Shown: positions 51,730-61,669 of the stretch, one piece after another
How positions within the stretch are numbered: the first letter of the stretch is position 1
How the letters are laid out: every line of letters starts with the position of its first letter
Origin: an uncultured Acidobacteriota bacterium
GTDB taxonomy: Bacteria; Acidobacteriota; JAQAZP01
Length of the DNA stretch: 64,000 nucleotides
Direction: 5' to 3'
Assembly: GCA_963836075.1 (NCBI GenBank)
Contig: CAWIIB010000001.1
Span: forward strand, 832,001 to 896,000
Notes under the pieces: generated by a model
Databases searched by the model: none
The model's input: only the letters and a program-made list of their open reading frames with translations
What the model was told of the DNA's origin: nothing
Made by a program: the position numbers and the translations under genes

Positions 51730-52863
51730 TTGAGCAGAACGGGAATAATCTATGTCCTGCCGCACCTGGAGACCGGTGGAACACAGCGGCAGATGAAGGA
51801 ACTGCTGCTGGGGCTGGACCGGGAGCGCTTCGAGCCCCGGGTGGTGGCCTTTTCCGGGTTCGGCAGCGACTACAAGTCAGAGATCGAGGCCACCGGTACA
51901 CCGGTGACCATTCTGCCCAAGCGGAAGGGCGGCGACCCGCGGATCCTCTTCCGGCTGGCCAACATCTTCCGTAAACACCGGCCGGCCATCGTCCACACTC
52001 TGCAGACCGCCGGTAACCGCTACGGTATCCTCGCCGCAAAAATGGCCGGCATCCCCCACCGGATCACCACCGAACTCTATTACTTCGACTGGGAGCACAA
52101 ATACCGCATCCTGGACCGCCTCGATCGGCTGGTGGCCGGGCTGACCAGCGTGGTGGTGGCCAACTCCAAATTCGTCAAGACCGAACTGAACCGGGCCCTC
52201 GGCATCCCGCTGGACAAGATGGAGGTGGTCTACAACGGTTATGACCTCGATTTCTACCATCGCGCTTCGCTGGAGGGGGAGACCCGGCAGGCCAAACGGC
52301 GGGAACTGGGGCTGGAGGACGGCATCGTCTCCTTTGCCATCGTCGCCCGGCTGGTGCTGGTGAAAAACCACACCATGCTGCTGAAAGCGGCCGGACTGCT
52401 CAAGGAGCAGGGCCACGATTTCAGGCTGCTGATTGCCGGTGACGGCGCCCAGCGTGAGGCGCTGGAGGAGCAGGCGCGCCAGCTTGACCTGCAGCGCCAG
52501 GTCACCTTTCTCGGTACCCGCTCGGATGCCGCAGAGCTCATGGGCGCCGTGGACCTGACACTGCTCACCTCGCACACCGAAAGCCTCTCCAACGCGATCA
52601 TCGAGTCGCTGCTCACCGGCCGGCCGGTACTGGCCACCGGGGTGGGCGGCAACCCGGAGCTGATCCGCGACGGCGAGAACGGGTTTCTGGTGCCCGACGA
52701 CGATCACCAGGCTCTGGCCGAGCGGATGAGCCGCTTCATCCTCGACCCCGACCTGGCCGGCACCATGGGCCGCCGGGCCCAGGAAAACGCCCGCAACACC
52801 TTCAGCGCTGCCAAAATGGTGGACCAGACCTGTGCGGTCTACCAGCGGTTGCTGGGTAAGTAG
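51730..52863 (+). CDS. GT4 glycosyltransferase
   Basis: GGTQRQ, VYNG, VARL..KNH, ESLSNAIIE, VGGNPELI. Confidence 0.92.
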   Translation: MSRTGIIYVLPHLETGGTQRQMKELLLGLDRERFEPRVVAFSGFGSDYKSEIEATGTPVTILPKRKGGDPRILFRLANIFRKHRPAIVHTLQTAGNRYGILAAKMAGIPHRITTELYYFDWEHKYRILDRLDRLVAGLTSVVVANSKFVKTELNRALGIPLDKMEVVYNGYDLDFYHRASLEGETRQAKRRELGLEDGIVSFAIVARLVLVKNHTMLLKAAGLLKEQGHDFRLLIAGDGAQREALEEQARQLDLQRQVTFLGTRSDAAELMGAVDLTLLTSHTESLSNAIIESLLTGRPVLATGVGGNPELIRDGENGFLVPDDDHQALAERMSRFILDPDLAGTMGRRAQENARNTFSAAKMVDQTCAVYQRLLGK

Positions 52864-52866
52864 CGG

Positions 52867-54024
52867 TCACTTGCGGGTGGTGGGCTCCCAGACCACGGCC
52901 TGCTTGCCGGTGACACAGTTCCACATGCCGTGAACCGACGCCATATTGACCATGGCGAAGTAGTAGGGGGCGTAAATCAGGAACGGCGCCTGCCCCTTGT
53001 CCGAGACGATTTTCCATCCGGCCAGGGCGAGGATGATGATCCCCAGCTGGCCGAGGAGCAGGATCCCGTAAAGCAGGGACGGTTGGCGCAGCACGATCAG
53101 CAGGTTGAGCAGCAGGACCGCCGGAAAGAGCAGGGCCACGGCCCGGCGGAGGAACTGGCGGGAGAAGATCTGGATCGAGTAGACCCCGGTTCTCAGCGGG
53201 TTGCAGAGATGCTTCATCAGCCAGAAGCCGCGCAGTCCGCCCTGGATGATCCGTACCTTTCGCCGGTACTCATCGGACGATGTGGGCGCCACGTCCTCGA
53301 AAGAGCGGGCCAGCGGCTCGTAGATCAAGCGGTAGTCCCGGTGCCGGATATACGCCGAGAGGTAGTAATCATCGGCCACGGCCGGGTCGGGCATCGGCTC
53401 GTAGATCGACCTGCGGATGGCGAACATCGACCCCTCGGCCGAGACGATACTGCCCAGACGGTTCTCACACCGCTTGGAGAACTTTTCGTAGCGCAGATAG
53501 AGGCTCTCCCCCTCTCCGGAGATCACCTCCCCCGGGTTGCGGTAGATCTTGTCGCCCCAGATTCCTCCCACCTCCGGATCCTTGAACCCGGGAACGAGAT
53601 TGAGGATGGCCCGCGGGTCGTACATCACGCTGGCGTCGGAGAGTACCACGATGTCGCCAGACAGCTGGGGTACGGTTTCGTTGAGCGTCAGCACCTTCCC
53701 CCGGTTGACCTTGTAGTCATAGAGTTTCACGCCCTGATCGGCGAACCGGCCGACTATCTCCGCGGTCCGGTCGGACGAACCGTCCGAGGCCACGGCGATT
53801 TCCAACCGGCCTTCGGGGTAATCCAGGGCCAGGCAGTTGCGCACCTTCTCCTCGATGATCGCCTCTTCGTTGTGGGCACAGACCAGCACGGTGACCGTGG
53901 GTCGATACTCCGGGTCACGGCGGACCGGCTTGTTGATCACCGCCGAGAGCAGGACCAGCAGCACCGGATAGCCGACATAGGTGTAGGCGAAGACGGCCAG
54001 CAGCACCCAGAAGAGGATTTCCAT
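52867..54024 (-). CDS. GT2 membrane glycosyltransferase
   Basis: AHNEE, ASDGSSD, SDA, ADD, EYRRKVRI. Confidence 0.92.
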   Translation of the reverse strand: MEILFWVLLAVFAYTYVGYPVLLVLLSAVINKPVRRDPEYRPTVTVLVCAHNEEAIIEEKVRNCLALDYPEGRLEIAVASDGSSDRTAEIVGRFADQGVKLYDYKVNRGKVLTLNETVPQLSGDIVVLSDASVMYDPRAILNLVPGFKDPEVGGIWGDKIYRNPGEVISGEGESLYLRYEKFSKRCENRLGSIVSAEGSMFAIRRSIYEPMPDPAVADDYYLSAYIRHRDYRLIYEPLARSFEDVAPTSSDEYRRKVRIIQGGLRGFWLMKHLCNPLRTGVYSIQIFSRQFLRRAVALLFPAVLLLNLLIVLRQPSLLYGILLLGQLGIIILALAGWKIVSDKGQAPFLIYAPYYFAMVNMASVHGMWNCVTGKQAVVWEPTTRK

Positions 54025-55961
54025 CAGTGCAGCTCCCCTGAGGACTGCCCGGCGCGGGTGGAGTGGAGCGCGTCGCACCAGAGCATGAAATTGGTCAGCC
54101 CCCAGATGGGTCGGCTGTTGTCCCGGCGTCCGGCCAGGTGGTCGTCGATGACCTGCTGCACGTAGTCCGGGTTGAAAAGCCCGGTGCGGGCCAGCGATGC
54201 GGGGCTCAGCACGTCGAGCACCATCTCCCGCAGGCTGCCCTTGATCCAGGCGGCGATGGGCAGGCTGAACCCCGCCTTCTTGCGGTAGAGGATGGTGTCC
54301 GGCAGCAGCCCCTTGAGCGACTGCTTGAGAATGTGCTTTTTCTGCCGGCCCTTCAGTTTGAAACGGGCAGGGACGGACGCGGCGAACTCGGCCACGGTGT
54401 AGTCGAGGAGCGGCACCCGGGATTCCAGGGAAACCGCCATGCTCATCTTGTCCACCTTCATCAGGATATCGTCCGGGAGGTAGACCATGGTGTCGACGTA
54501 GAGCAGACGGTCCAGATCGTCCGACGCCGCCGCCGATCCGAAGTAACCGCAAAAGAGATCGGCTGCGGTATCCCGCCCGGTGAGGCCGGCCTGGTAGTCC
54601 GGTGCATAGAGATTCCGCTTCTCTTCTTCGGTGAAGATCACTTTCCAGGCCAGGTGCGCCTGGGCCGGAGAGAGGTGATATCCTGAAAGAAGGCGTTTGG
54701 CCTTGTAATCCAGACTGACCTTCTTGTCAGAAACCGGCAGCATCCCCACCGCCGGCTGGAGCAGACCGCGGACCAGCGGCCCGGGAAGTTTCTTGAGCAT
54801 CCGGGCATAGCGGTATGCCGCATATGTCTCGTACCCGGCAAAGAGTTCGTCCCCGCCGTCCCCGGAGAGCACCACGGTGACGTCCCGGCGGGCCAGCCGC
54901 GACACATAGTAGGTGGGGATGGCCGAATGGTCGGCAAAGGGCTCGTCAAGATGCCAGGCCAGCTGCGGCAGCAGCGCCGCGGCATCGGGCGTGACCAGTT
55001 CCTCGTGGTGATCGGTTTCGAACTGCTGAGCCACGATCCTGGCGTATTTCAGCTCGTTGAAGGTGTCCTCTTCGAAACCGATGGAGAAGGTCTTCACCTG
55101 CTGGTTGAACCAGCGGCTGACGATGGCCACCATGGAACTGGAGTCGATGCCCCCGCTGCAGAGCACACCCAGCGGCACATCGCTGATCAGGTGCCGTTTC
55201 ACCGCCGCCTTGAGCAGTTCCAGCAGCCGCCCGGCATACCACTCTTCGGACTGCTCGGGGCCGTTCCGGCCGTCCCCGCTGTACTGCAGCGACCAGTAGC
55301 GCTGGATGTTCACCTTGCCGTCACGCCACTGGAGGTAATGGGCCGGTGGAAGTTTGCTCACCGCCCGGTAGATCGACTGCGGGGCCGGAATGTAGTTCAG
55401 GGAGAGGTAATTGTTCAGGCCCACGGGATCGAAATCCCGGGGCAGTTCCGGGTCCTCCATCAGGCACTTCAACTCCGAAGCAAAGGCCAGCCGCGTGCCG
55501 TCCATCCAGTAATAGAGCGGTTTGATCCCCAGGCGGTCGCGGACCAGCAGCAGGCTTTTGCGGTCGGCGTCCCAGATTGCCAGACCGTACATCCCGTTCA
55601 GTTTCCGCACCAGGCCCTCGACGCCCTCCTCCTCGTAGAGGTGGACGGCCACTTCCACATCGCTGTTGGTGGAGAAGCGGTGGCCCCGGGCCTCCAGATC
55701 CTGGCGCAATTCCGGAAAATTGTAGATTTCACCATTGCAGACGATGGCGATCCGGCCGGTCTCATTGAGGATCGGCTGTCGTCCCGAGGAGAGGTCGATG
55801 ATCGAAAGACGCCGCATACCCATGCCAAAGGCGCCATCAGTGTAGATGCCCTCGTCGTCGGGACCGCGATGGGTCATCACCGAGCACATCCGGCGCAGCA
55901 GTTCTTCGGACACCGGGCGGTTGGTATCCCCGGTGTGGAGATACCCGCAAATACCGCACAT
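54024..55961 (-). CDS. asnB: Asparagine synthase-like amidotransferase (polysaccharide-associated)
   Basis: MCGICG, HRGPDD, NGEIYN, RDRLGIKP, SGGIDSS, SGDGGDELF. Confidence 0.93.
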   Translation of the reverse strand: MCGICGYLHTGDTNRPVSEELLRRMCSVMTHRGPDDEGIYTDGAFGMGMRRLSIIDLSSGRQPILNETGRIAIVCNGEIYNFPELRQDLEARGHRFSTNSDVEVAVHLYEEEGVEGLVRKLNGMYGLAIWDADRKSLLLVRDRLGIKPLYYWMDGTRLAFASELKCLMEDPELPRDFDPVGLNNYLSLNYIPAPQSIYRAVSKLPPAHYLQWRDGKVNIQRYWSLQYSGDGRNGPEQSEEWYAGRLLELLKAAVKRHLISDVPLGVLCSGGIDSSSMVAIVSRWFNQQVKTFSIGFEEDTFNELKYARIVAQQFETDHHEELVTPDAAALLPQLAWHLDEPFADHSAIPTYYVSRLARRDVTVVLSGDGGDELFAGYETYAAYRYARMLKKLPGPLVRGLLQPAVGMLPVSDKKVSLDYKAKRLLSGYHLSPAQAHLAWKVIFTEEEKRNLYAPDYQAGLTGRDTAADLFCGYFGSAAASDDLDRLLYVDTMVYLPDDILMKVDKMSMAVSLESRVPLLDYTVAEFAASVPARFKLKGRQKKHILKQSLKGLLPDTILYRKKAGFSLPIAAWIKGSLREMVLDVLSPASLARTGLFNPDYVQQVIDDHLAGRRDNSRPIWGLTNFMLWCDALHSTRAGQSSGELH

Positions 55962-56278
55962 TATCTACCCCTCTCCGATCAGCTGCCCCGGGCCGGGCGG
56001 ACAGAAAAACCTGCCCGCGGAACCACCGGGACGGAAGGCGAAGTTACCACAGGAACCACGGTGTATCAATGCCGGGCTCCCGGGTGCACGCACCAATGCC
56101 GCGATTATTACGGAAACGTAACAGCTGCGACAGAAACGTCATCACCGCCAACAACACCGATCCCGGGCAGTGACCTTGCTCTATGCAGACATATCGGCAC
56201 GAAAGCAGTGGATTTCAACAGAAAAGAATGTGGAGTACCGCAAGCAGGTTCAGACGAGGAGGAGTCAGGGCCGTACGA

Positions 56279-57097
56279 TCAGTAAGCCCCGCTTCTTTTG
56301 GACACCGCCACCGCGGTTCGAAGCAGTATTCGCAGGTCCAGGGCCAGGGACTGGCGATTGATGTAGTCGATATCCAGCCGCACCCGTTCGTCGAACTCAA
56401 GGTCGCTCCGGCCATTGACCTGGTGCAGACCGGTGATGCCGGGAATCGCCTTGAGACGAAGCTTGTGCCACTCGTCGTACTTGTCCTCGTGAAACGAGGT
56501 GGGGCGCGGGCCAACGAGGCTCATTTCGCCGCGCAGCACATTGATGAAGTTGGGCAGCTCATCAAGACTGAATTTTCGCAGCACATGGCCCACTCTGGTC
56601 ACCCGGGGATCGTTTTCGATCTTGAAATCGGGCCACTTGAGTTTGTTCTGTTTCTGGATCTCTTCGGTGAACTTGATCGCGTCGGCGTCGCGGTGCATGG
56701 TGCGGAACTTGTACATCGGAAACTTGGTTCCGTCCTTGCCCAGACGGATCTGCCGAAAGAGAACCGGACCGGGGGATTCGAGTTTGATCAGCAGGGCGAT
56801 GAGGAGCATCACCGGCATTCCGATCACCAGGGCCACCAGGGACATGGAGACGTCCAGACAACGCTTGGCGACCTTGTACAGGTTGCGCCCGTTGGTCTGA
56901 ACCAGTTCCTCGGCATAGCGATTGAGAACCGCGATATCAAGGGTGGCCAGGTTCATGGCGTTGGCTGACATGTGATTTCTCTTCCGCTCACGATGGACGG
57001 AAGGGATGGTCATGCTGAGAGGAAAGTTAATTTCCTCAGGCTCTGCGTGGACGACCCGTTGGGACTGCTGCATTTCGAGAATACTCCCTGCACTCAT
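56279..57097 (-). CDS. Priming polyprenyl-phosphate sugar transferase
   Basis: KRCLD, KFRTM, DPRVTRVG, SLDELP, GEMSLVGPRP, PGITGLHQV. Start uncertain. Confidence 0.92.
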   Translation of the reverse strand: MSAGSILEMQQSQRVVHAEPEEINFPLSMTIPSVHRERKRNHMSANAMNLATLDIAVLNRYAEELVQTNGRNLYKVAKRCLDVSMSLVALVIGMPVMLLIALLIKLESPGPVLFRQIRLGKDGTKFPMYKFRTMHRDADAIKFTEEIQKQNKLKWPDFKIENDPRVTRVGHVLRKFSLDELPNFINVLRGEMSLVGPRPTSFHEDKYDEWHKLRLKAIPGITGLHQVNGRSDLEFDERVRLDIDYINRQSLALDLRILLRTAVAVSKRSGAY

Positions 57098-57341
57098 GTC
57101 TACACGCGGGTGTTGCTGCACGTTTGTCCATGCCGGCAACCGCAACCTCAACCCCCTTGAAAACAGGCCGCGGTCTGAAATCGTACCGGAAAATGAACAG
57201 GATGGTGGCGGGAGCAATACTTCTTATCGGGATGTTTTATTGCTTGCTGCCCAAGGACCGGTCCCCAGGAATTCTCCGTTCCCGGTGGATACCTTCAGTT
57301 GGTGAAACCAACAGCCTATCACCATTCTCGACGGATAATTA

Positions 57342-57357
57342 TGCAATATCAATACCA
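57342..57357 (-). promoter_or_regulatory. Sigma54 -24/-12 promoter upstream of the priming transferase
   Basis: TGGTATT-GATA-TTGCA (GG-N10-GC). Confidence 0.6.
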
Positions 57358-57467
57358 GGATGATAATGTAGAGACTCAATGGTAATTATATGAAAACAAA
57401 GACTTGCTCCTAACAGTATTGAGAGGGCAGTTCCGAGACACCGAATCCCGAGGTTAAAATTATGCAT

Positions 57468-57512
57468 ACAGTGTGTAAAACAGTGCCCTTCTCTACAGTG
57501 GACATCGCAGTG
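57468..57512. promoter_or_regulatory. Four RCAGTG direct repeats (candidate activator sites)
   Basis: At 57468, 57480, 57495 and 57507 (spacing 12/15/12). Confidence 0.4.
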
Positions 57513-57533
57513 TGCCATGGAGAATTGCGGGTG

Positions 57534-58784
57534 TCAAGAGGATTTTTTACCGCTGGGCAGTGAGAAGAATTTCAGTTGTTCCTTGACGTTCGTGCGGATA
57601 TTGTGCCTTTTAAGAACCTCCTCCCGGCCGGCCGCTGCCACTCTTTCGCGAAGACTCCGGTCGGAAATCAACCGCTCGAGGGCAACTGCCAGCGCCGGGG
57701 CGTCCTGCTCTTCCACGATCAATCCGGTCTTGTCGTTCATCACCAGTTCGGGAATGCCGGCGATATTTGTAGAGACGGCCGGGAGGCCGAGGGCCAGCGA
57801 TTCGATCAGGACATTGGGCAGTCCTTCCATCTTTCCATTCTTCTCAATAATGCTGGGCAAGACAAAGATGTCCGACGACCGGTATTTCTCGATCACCTGG
57901 TGGTGGGGGAAGATCCCCGGAAGTTTCACCACCTCCTCCAGGCCCGCCCTGCGGATCCGTTCTTCCAGGGACGAACGCAGTTCCCCCTCGCCGATCACGG
58001 TGCAATCGACTTCGATCCCCTTCTCCTTCAGCAGGCGGCAGGCCTCGATGAGAAAACGGATGCCCTTGTATTCCTGCAGCGCGGCCACCGAGAGGATTTT
58101 GACCCGGCCCTCGATGGACCAGGATGTTTTCGGCTCGTATTCCTCGAGACGGAGACCGTAGCGCACCGGCTTGATCTTGTCCGGGTCCATGTCAGGGCAG
58201 ATCCTGAGGAAATAGTCCCGGTTGTAGTCCGAGATGGCCACTACCATGTCGGCCCGCCGCAGTTTGTCGTCGAGCATCACGGTGTCCACAAAAATGTCGT
58301 GGGCGTGAGGAGTCATGGAGAAGGGGATGCCGGTGAGCCAGTTGATCACCAGACCGCACACCGCCGGCTGCCTGGCAAAGTGGCAGTGGATCCGGTCCAA
58401 CCCCTGCTCCTGCGCCTGGCGGGCGAACCGCACGCACTTGGGCAGCAGGGCAACCGTCTTGAGCAGGAAGCTGCCGCTCCGGCGCATGCCGCGCACCAGG
58501 TGGGCCCACAGCGAGAGATAGCGGCCCGGGCTGCGGAAGAGGAAGCCGAGGTTGGCTGTCCAGACCGCCCAGGAAAGCAGGAATGGCGAGTAGGTGGTCC
58601 GCTCCAGCATGATCCGTGTTTCCTGGTGGTGCACCGGGTAATCGGAGATGGTCTTCAACGAAAAGAGCCGCACATCCACTCCGAGGTTGCGCAGTTCGAT
58701 CATCTCCCGCAGGATGAACGTCTCGGTCACTTTGGGGAATTCCACCACAACATAGCCGACTTTCGCTGGTGCGCCATCATTCAC
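57534..58784 (-). CDS. GT4 glycosyltransferase (WcaL-like)
   Basis: FPKVTETFILRE, IHCHFA, HAHDIF, EGLPNVLIE. Confidence 0.92.
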   Translation of the reverse strand: MNDGAPAKVGYVVVEFPKVTETFILREMIELRNLGVDVRLFSLKTISDYPVHHQETRIMLERTTYSPFLLSWAVWTANLGFLFRSPGRYLSLWAHLVRGMRRSGSFLLKTVALLPKCVRFARQAQEQGLDRIHCHFARQPAVCGLVINWLTGIPFSMTPHAHDIFVDTVMLDDKLRRADMVVAISDYNRDYFLRICPDMDPDKIKPVRYGLRLEEYEPKTSWSIEGRVKILSVAALQEYKGIRFLIEACRLLKEKGIEVDCTVIGEGELRSSLEERIRRAGLEEVVKLPGIFPHHQVIEKYRSSDIFVLPSIIEKNGKMEGLPNVLIESLALGLPAVSTNIAGIPELVMNDKTGLIVEEQDAPALAVALERLISDRSLRERVAAAGREEVLKRHNIRTNVKEQLKFFSLPSGKKSS

Positions 58785-58909
58785 GATTCAGACCCCTTCC
58801 CTTTGAGCAGCGGCTCCTGCTCTCTACAGATCGGTGACGCAGGATCATACCTTTAATCCGGTTCAGTGGAAACGAAGGTGCGGGTGGATCGTCTCGACAC
58901 TCCGGCGGC

Positions 58910-60343
58910 TTACCTCGAGGCTCTGAGGTATTCCAGCAGTATGATCGTGGCGAGGGCCAGCAGGAACCCGAGCACCAGCCCGAGAAACGTGGTGACCAGA
59001 ATGGCCGGGGATACCGGCCGCACGGGCAGGGTGGGCGGCTCCACGATACGGATATCGTAAAGCTTGGCCACTTCCAGGAGCCGGGCTTCGCCGAGCTTTT
59101 CCTGGAGCAGGCTATACGTGGTGTTCAGTGCCGACATCCGGCGGTTCAACCGGGTGAAGTGGGTCTCCTTGCCGGGGAGGTCGGCAAGCATCTCGTCATA
59201 TCTCTGCAGCACCTCGTCCACGGCGCTGAGGCGGGCTTCCTGGGAGATGAGCAGGGTCTCCACCCGGACCAGCCGGTTCATCATCTCGGTGTAGACCGGG
59301 TTGGCGGAGAACTGTTCCTGGGTCAGGATCTTTTCCATCTCTCCGCCGAGCGCCGCGCGCAGGGTGGCGATGGACGACTCCACCGACTTCACCTGCTGGT
59401 GCTCGGAGGTGTAGACCTCGAGCAGCGACGCCAGCTCGATCTCTTTCTCCGCCAGATCGAACCGCAATTGCTGGAGCGTGGGGTTCAGTTCCACCATCCG
59501 CGAGGAGACTTCCTTGTCCACCTTCCCCAGCTGGCCGAGCAGACCGTCGCGCTCGGCGCGAAGTTCCTGCAGCGTGGCCCACAGCGAATCGTATTCAGCC
59601 CGGTATTCGCTCTCCCGGCTGATCAGGTCGGCGCCCTGGGTCCGGAGCTGCGGGGCGTTCTCGCTCTCCTTGAACAGGCGCAGCTCTTCCTCCACACCAT
59701 AGAGTTCGGTTTGCAGTCGGGACAGTTCGGCCTCGATGAAGCGGCGGGACTCACCGGCCAGATCGTGGTTGAACGACCGCGTGTATTCCACATAGGTCTC
59801 GGAAAGATTTTTGGTGATCTGGTAGGCCAGGGTCGAGGATGTGGCCCGGGCCTGAATCTCCAGAACAAAGGAGTTGGGGAAGATGTTGATGCTGACCTTC
59901 TTCTCCAGGGTATCGATCATATCCTCCAGCTCGGTGGTCTCGCGGCCCGGCCCGTAGTTGAGAAAGGCCAGGGTGTTCCCCGCCGCCGCCACCACCGCGC
60001 CGAAGGCGCGGGTGGCCAGCCCCGGTGCTTCCTCTTTCAGCGCCGGGCTGTCCATCAGCTTCCGGGCAACCGATTCCAGCACCGTCCGGCTGAGAATGAT
60101 CTGTGTCTTGGACAGGGTGGTGCTCTCCACGTCCTGGCGTCCGCCAAAGACCGATTGCTCCCGCAGCAGGGCCCGGTCCTCCTCCGAGGGATAGACAAGG
60201 ATCAGGCATGAAGAGACAAAGGTGGGCTTGACCAGCCGCAGGGCCACGCTGCCCAGCAGGGACAGCAGACCCACAAACAGCGTGATGGAGATCAGAAGCT
60301 TGCTATATTTTCTCGTCAGGACCTGCAGGTAGCTGACTTCCAT
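58910..60343 (-). CDS. Polysaccharide co-polymerase (GumC/Wzc-like, no kinase domain)
   Basis: Two TM helices around a coiled coil, YTSEHQQV, IRIVEPPTLPVRPVSP. Confidence 0.88.
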   Translation of the reverse strand: MEVSYLQVLTRKYSKLLISITLFVGLLSLLGSVALRLVKPTFVSSCLILVYPSEEDRALLREQSVFGGRQDVESTTLSKTQIILSRTVLESVARKLMDSPALKEEAPGLATRAFGAVVAAAGNTLAFLNYGPGRETTELEDMIDTLEKKVSINIFPNSFVLEIQARATSSTLAYQITKNLSETYVEYTRSFNHDLAGESRRFIEAELSRLQTELYGVEEELRLFKESENAPQLRTQGADLISRESEYRAEYDSLWATLQELRAERDGLLGQLGKVDKEVSSRMVELNPTLQQLRFDLAEKEIELASLLEVYTSEHQQVKSVESSIATLRAALGGEMEKILTQEQFSANPVYTEMMNRLVRVETLLISQEARLSAVDEVLQRYDEMLADLPGKETHFTRLNRRMSALNTTYSLLQEKLGEARLLEVAKLYDIRIVEPPTLPVRPVSPAILVTTFLGLVLGFLLALATIILLEYLRASR

Positions 60344-60388
60344 GGTTCTCCTCGTCCCTCTGGCCGGATCAATGGCCGGCGTTGATCC

Positions 60389-61177
60389 TCACTCAGCGAT
60401 GCTTTCGTTGACGTAGTAGTTCTTGCCCCACAGGTAGCGGAACATAACATTGACCTGCAGCGGGATGATCCCGTAAATATACTGGTCGAGGAACTCGTTG
60501 ACCTTGGAAATATTTTTCATCGGCACGATCAGCAGATCGGCTGACTGGAGGTAGATGTCATCGAGGCTGCTCTCCATGTTCATTGTATCTCGAAGGTTGA
60601 GACGATAGATCTCCCGCTCGCCCTCCGGGGATTTCCGGACCAGCAAGACCTCCTTGACCTTGGCCTTGTTGGAGAAGCCGCCGGTACGCATGATCGCCTG
60701 CAAGGCGGTCATCCTGCCGTTCAGGTTGAGCATCGACGGGTGACGCACCTCGCCGCCGATGTAGACCTTTGCCTCGGCGATCTTGAGCACCGCCACGGTC
60801 ACTTCCGGCCTGGTGAAATAGGTCGAGTAGGCCTCAGTCAACTCCAGGTCCAGTTCTTCAGGGGTGCGGCCGGCCACTTCCACGTCATCCACCAGCAGCA
60901 GCGAAACCCGGCCATCCGGACGAACGGTCACCTCCTGGTTCAGGTCGCTGTCGTAAAAGAAACTGAACCGCAGGGAGTCCCCGGGTTTGATCCGATAGGT
61001 TTCACCGCTGTTCTGGACGCCAAACTGGTCCACGGCATCGAGGACCGCCGACTCCGGTGTCACCTCGCGGTATTCAGGAGAAGTGCAGCCTGAAAGGATG
61101 AGGAGGAAACAGAGAACAGGCAACAGGATGTTCCGGCCTGGCACTGAAGACCTGCGAAACCATCGAGAGCCGATCAT
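60389..61177 (-). CDS. wza: Polysaccharide export lipoprotein
   Basis: Lipobox LSGC, YRIKPGD, VRPDGRVSL, YIGGEV..P, SLBB domain. Confidence 0.9.
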   Translation of the reverse strand: MIGSRWFRRSSVPGRNILLPVLCFLLILSGCTSPEYREVTPESAVLDAVDQFGVQNSGETYRIKPGDSLRFSFFYDSDLNQEVTVRPDGRVSLLLVDDVEVAGRTPEELDLELTEAYSTYFTRPEVTVAVLKIAEAKVYIGGEVRHPSMLNLNGRMTALQAIMRTGGFSNKAKVKEVLLVRKSPEGEREIYRLNLRDTMNMESSLDDIYLQSADLLIVPMKNISKVNEFLDQYIYGIIPLQVNVMFRYLWGKNYYVNESIAE

Positions 61178-61669
61178 GGCAGCATGCGCTCCTCAAGTTC
61201 CGGGGAACCCCGCCAGATCAGTTTCCGGCCCGCCCCGTGTAGTCCCTGACAAGTGCAGGTCGGGACATCTCGCCCCGGCTCTGCGCAACATTGACCACTG
61301 CGATCTAACTTCGTATCGGTATCCTGAGCAAAAGGTTGATCCATTAATGATGCAAGGATACCGGAAAACCTTCTCAGAATTCAACCAATCTGGCGGCCGC
61401 GACACCGCCGGCAGCGAGAGTTCACCAGGGAGGAACCATTTACTGCGGCTCCCCTCCTCCTCCCTGAGAGCAGCCATCCTGGGATTTTGATTTCAACGAA
61501 TGAAAAATCGTAACTCATATGGACGAAAAAATCAACATCAACCGGGCTGCTGGATTTCCACCCGCAGGATCTCTTACACTTGTCCGGCACTGTCCCGGGC
61601 AGAAATGATCCAAACAGGGATATCGCGTAACCCGGGCCGCCCCCCGCGGTCCAGCAGCCGGCAGGTACC

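Noticed and set aside
61178-61669. ops/JUMPstart element or sigma54 promoter upstream of wza
   Set aside because: No GGCGGTAG was found, and the TGG...TTGC candidate near 61283-61297 has the wrong spacing.
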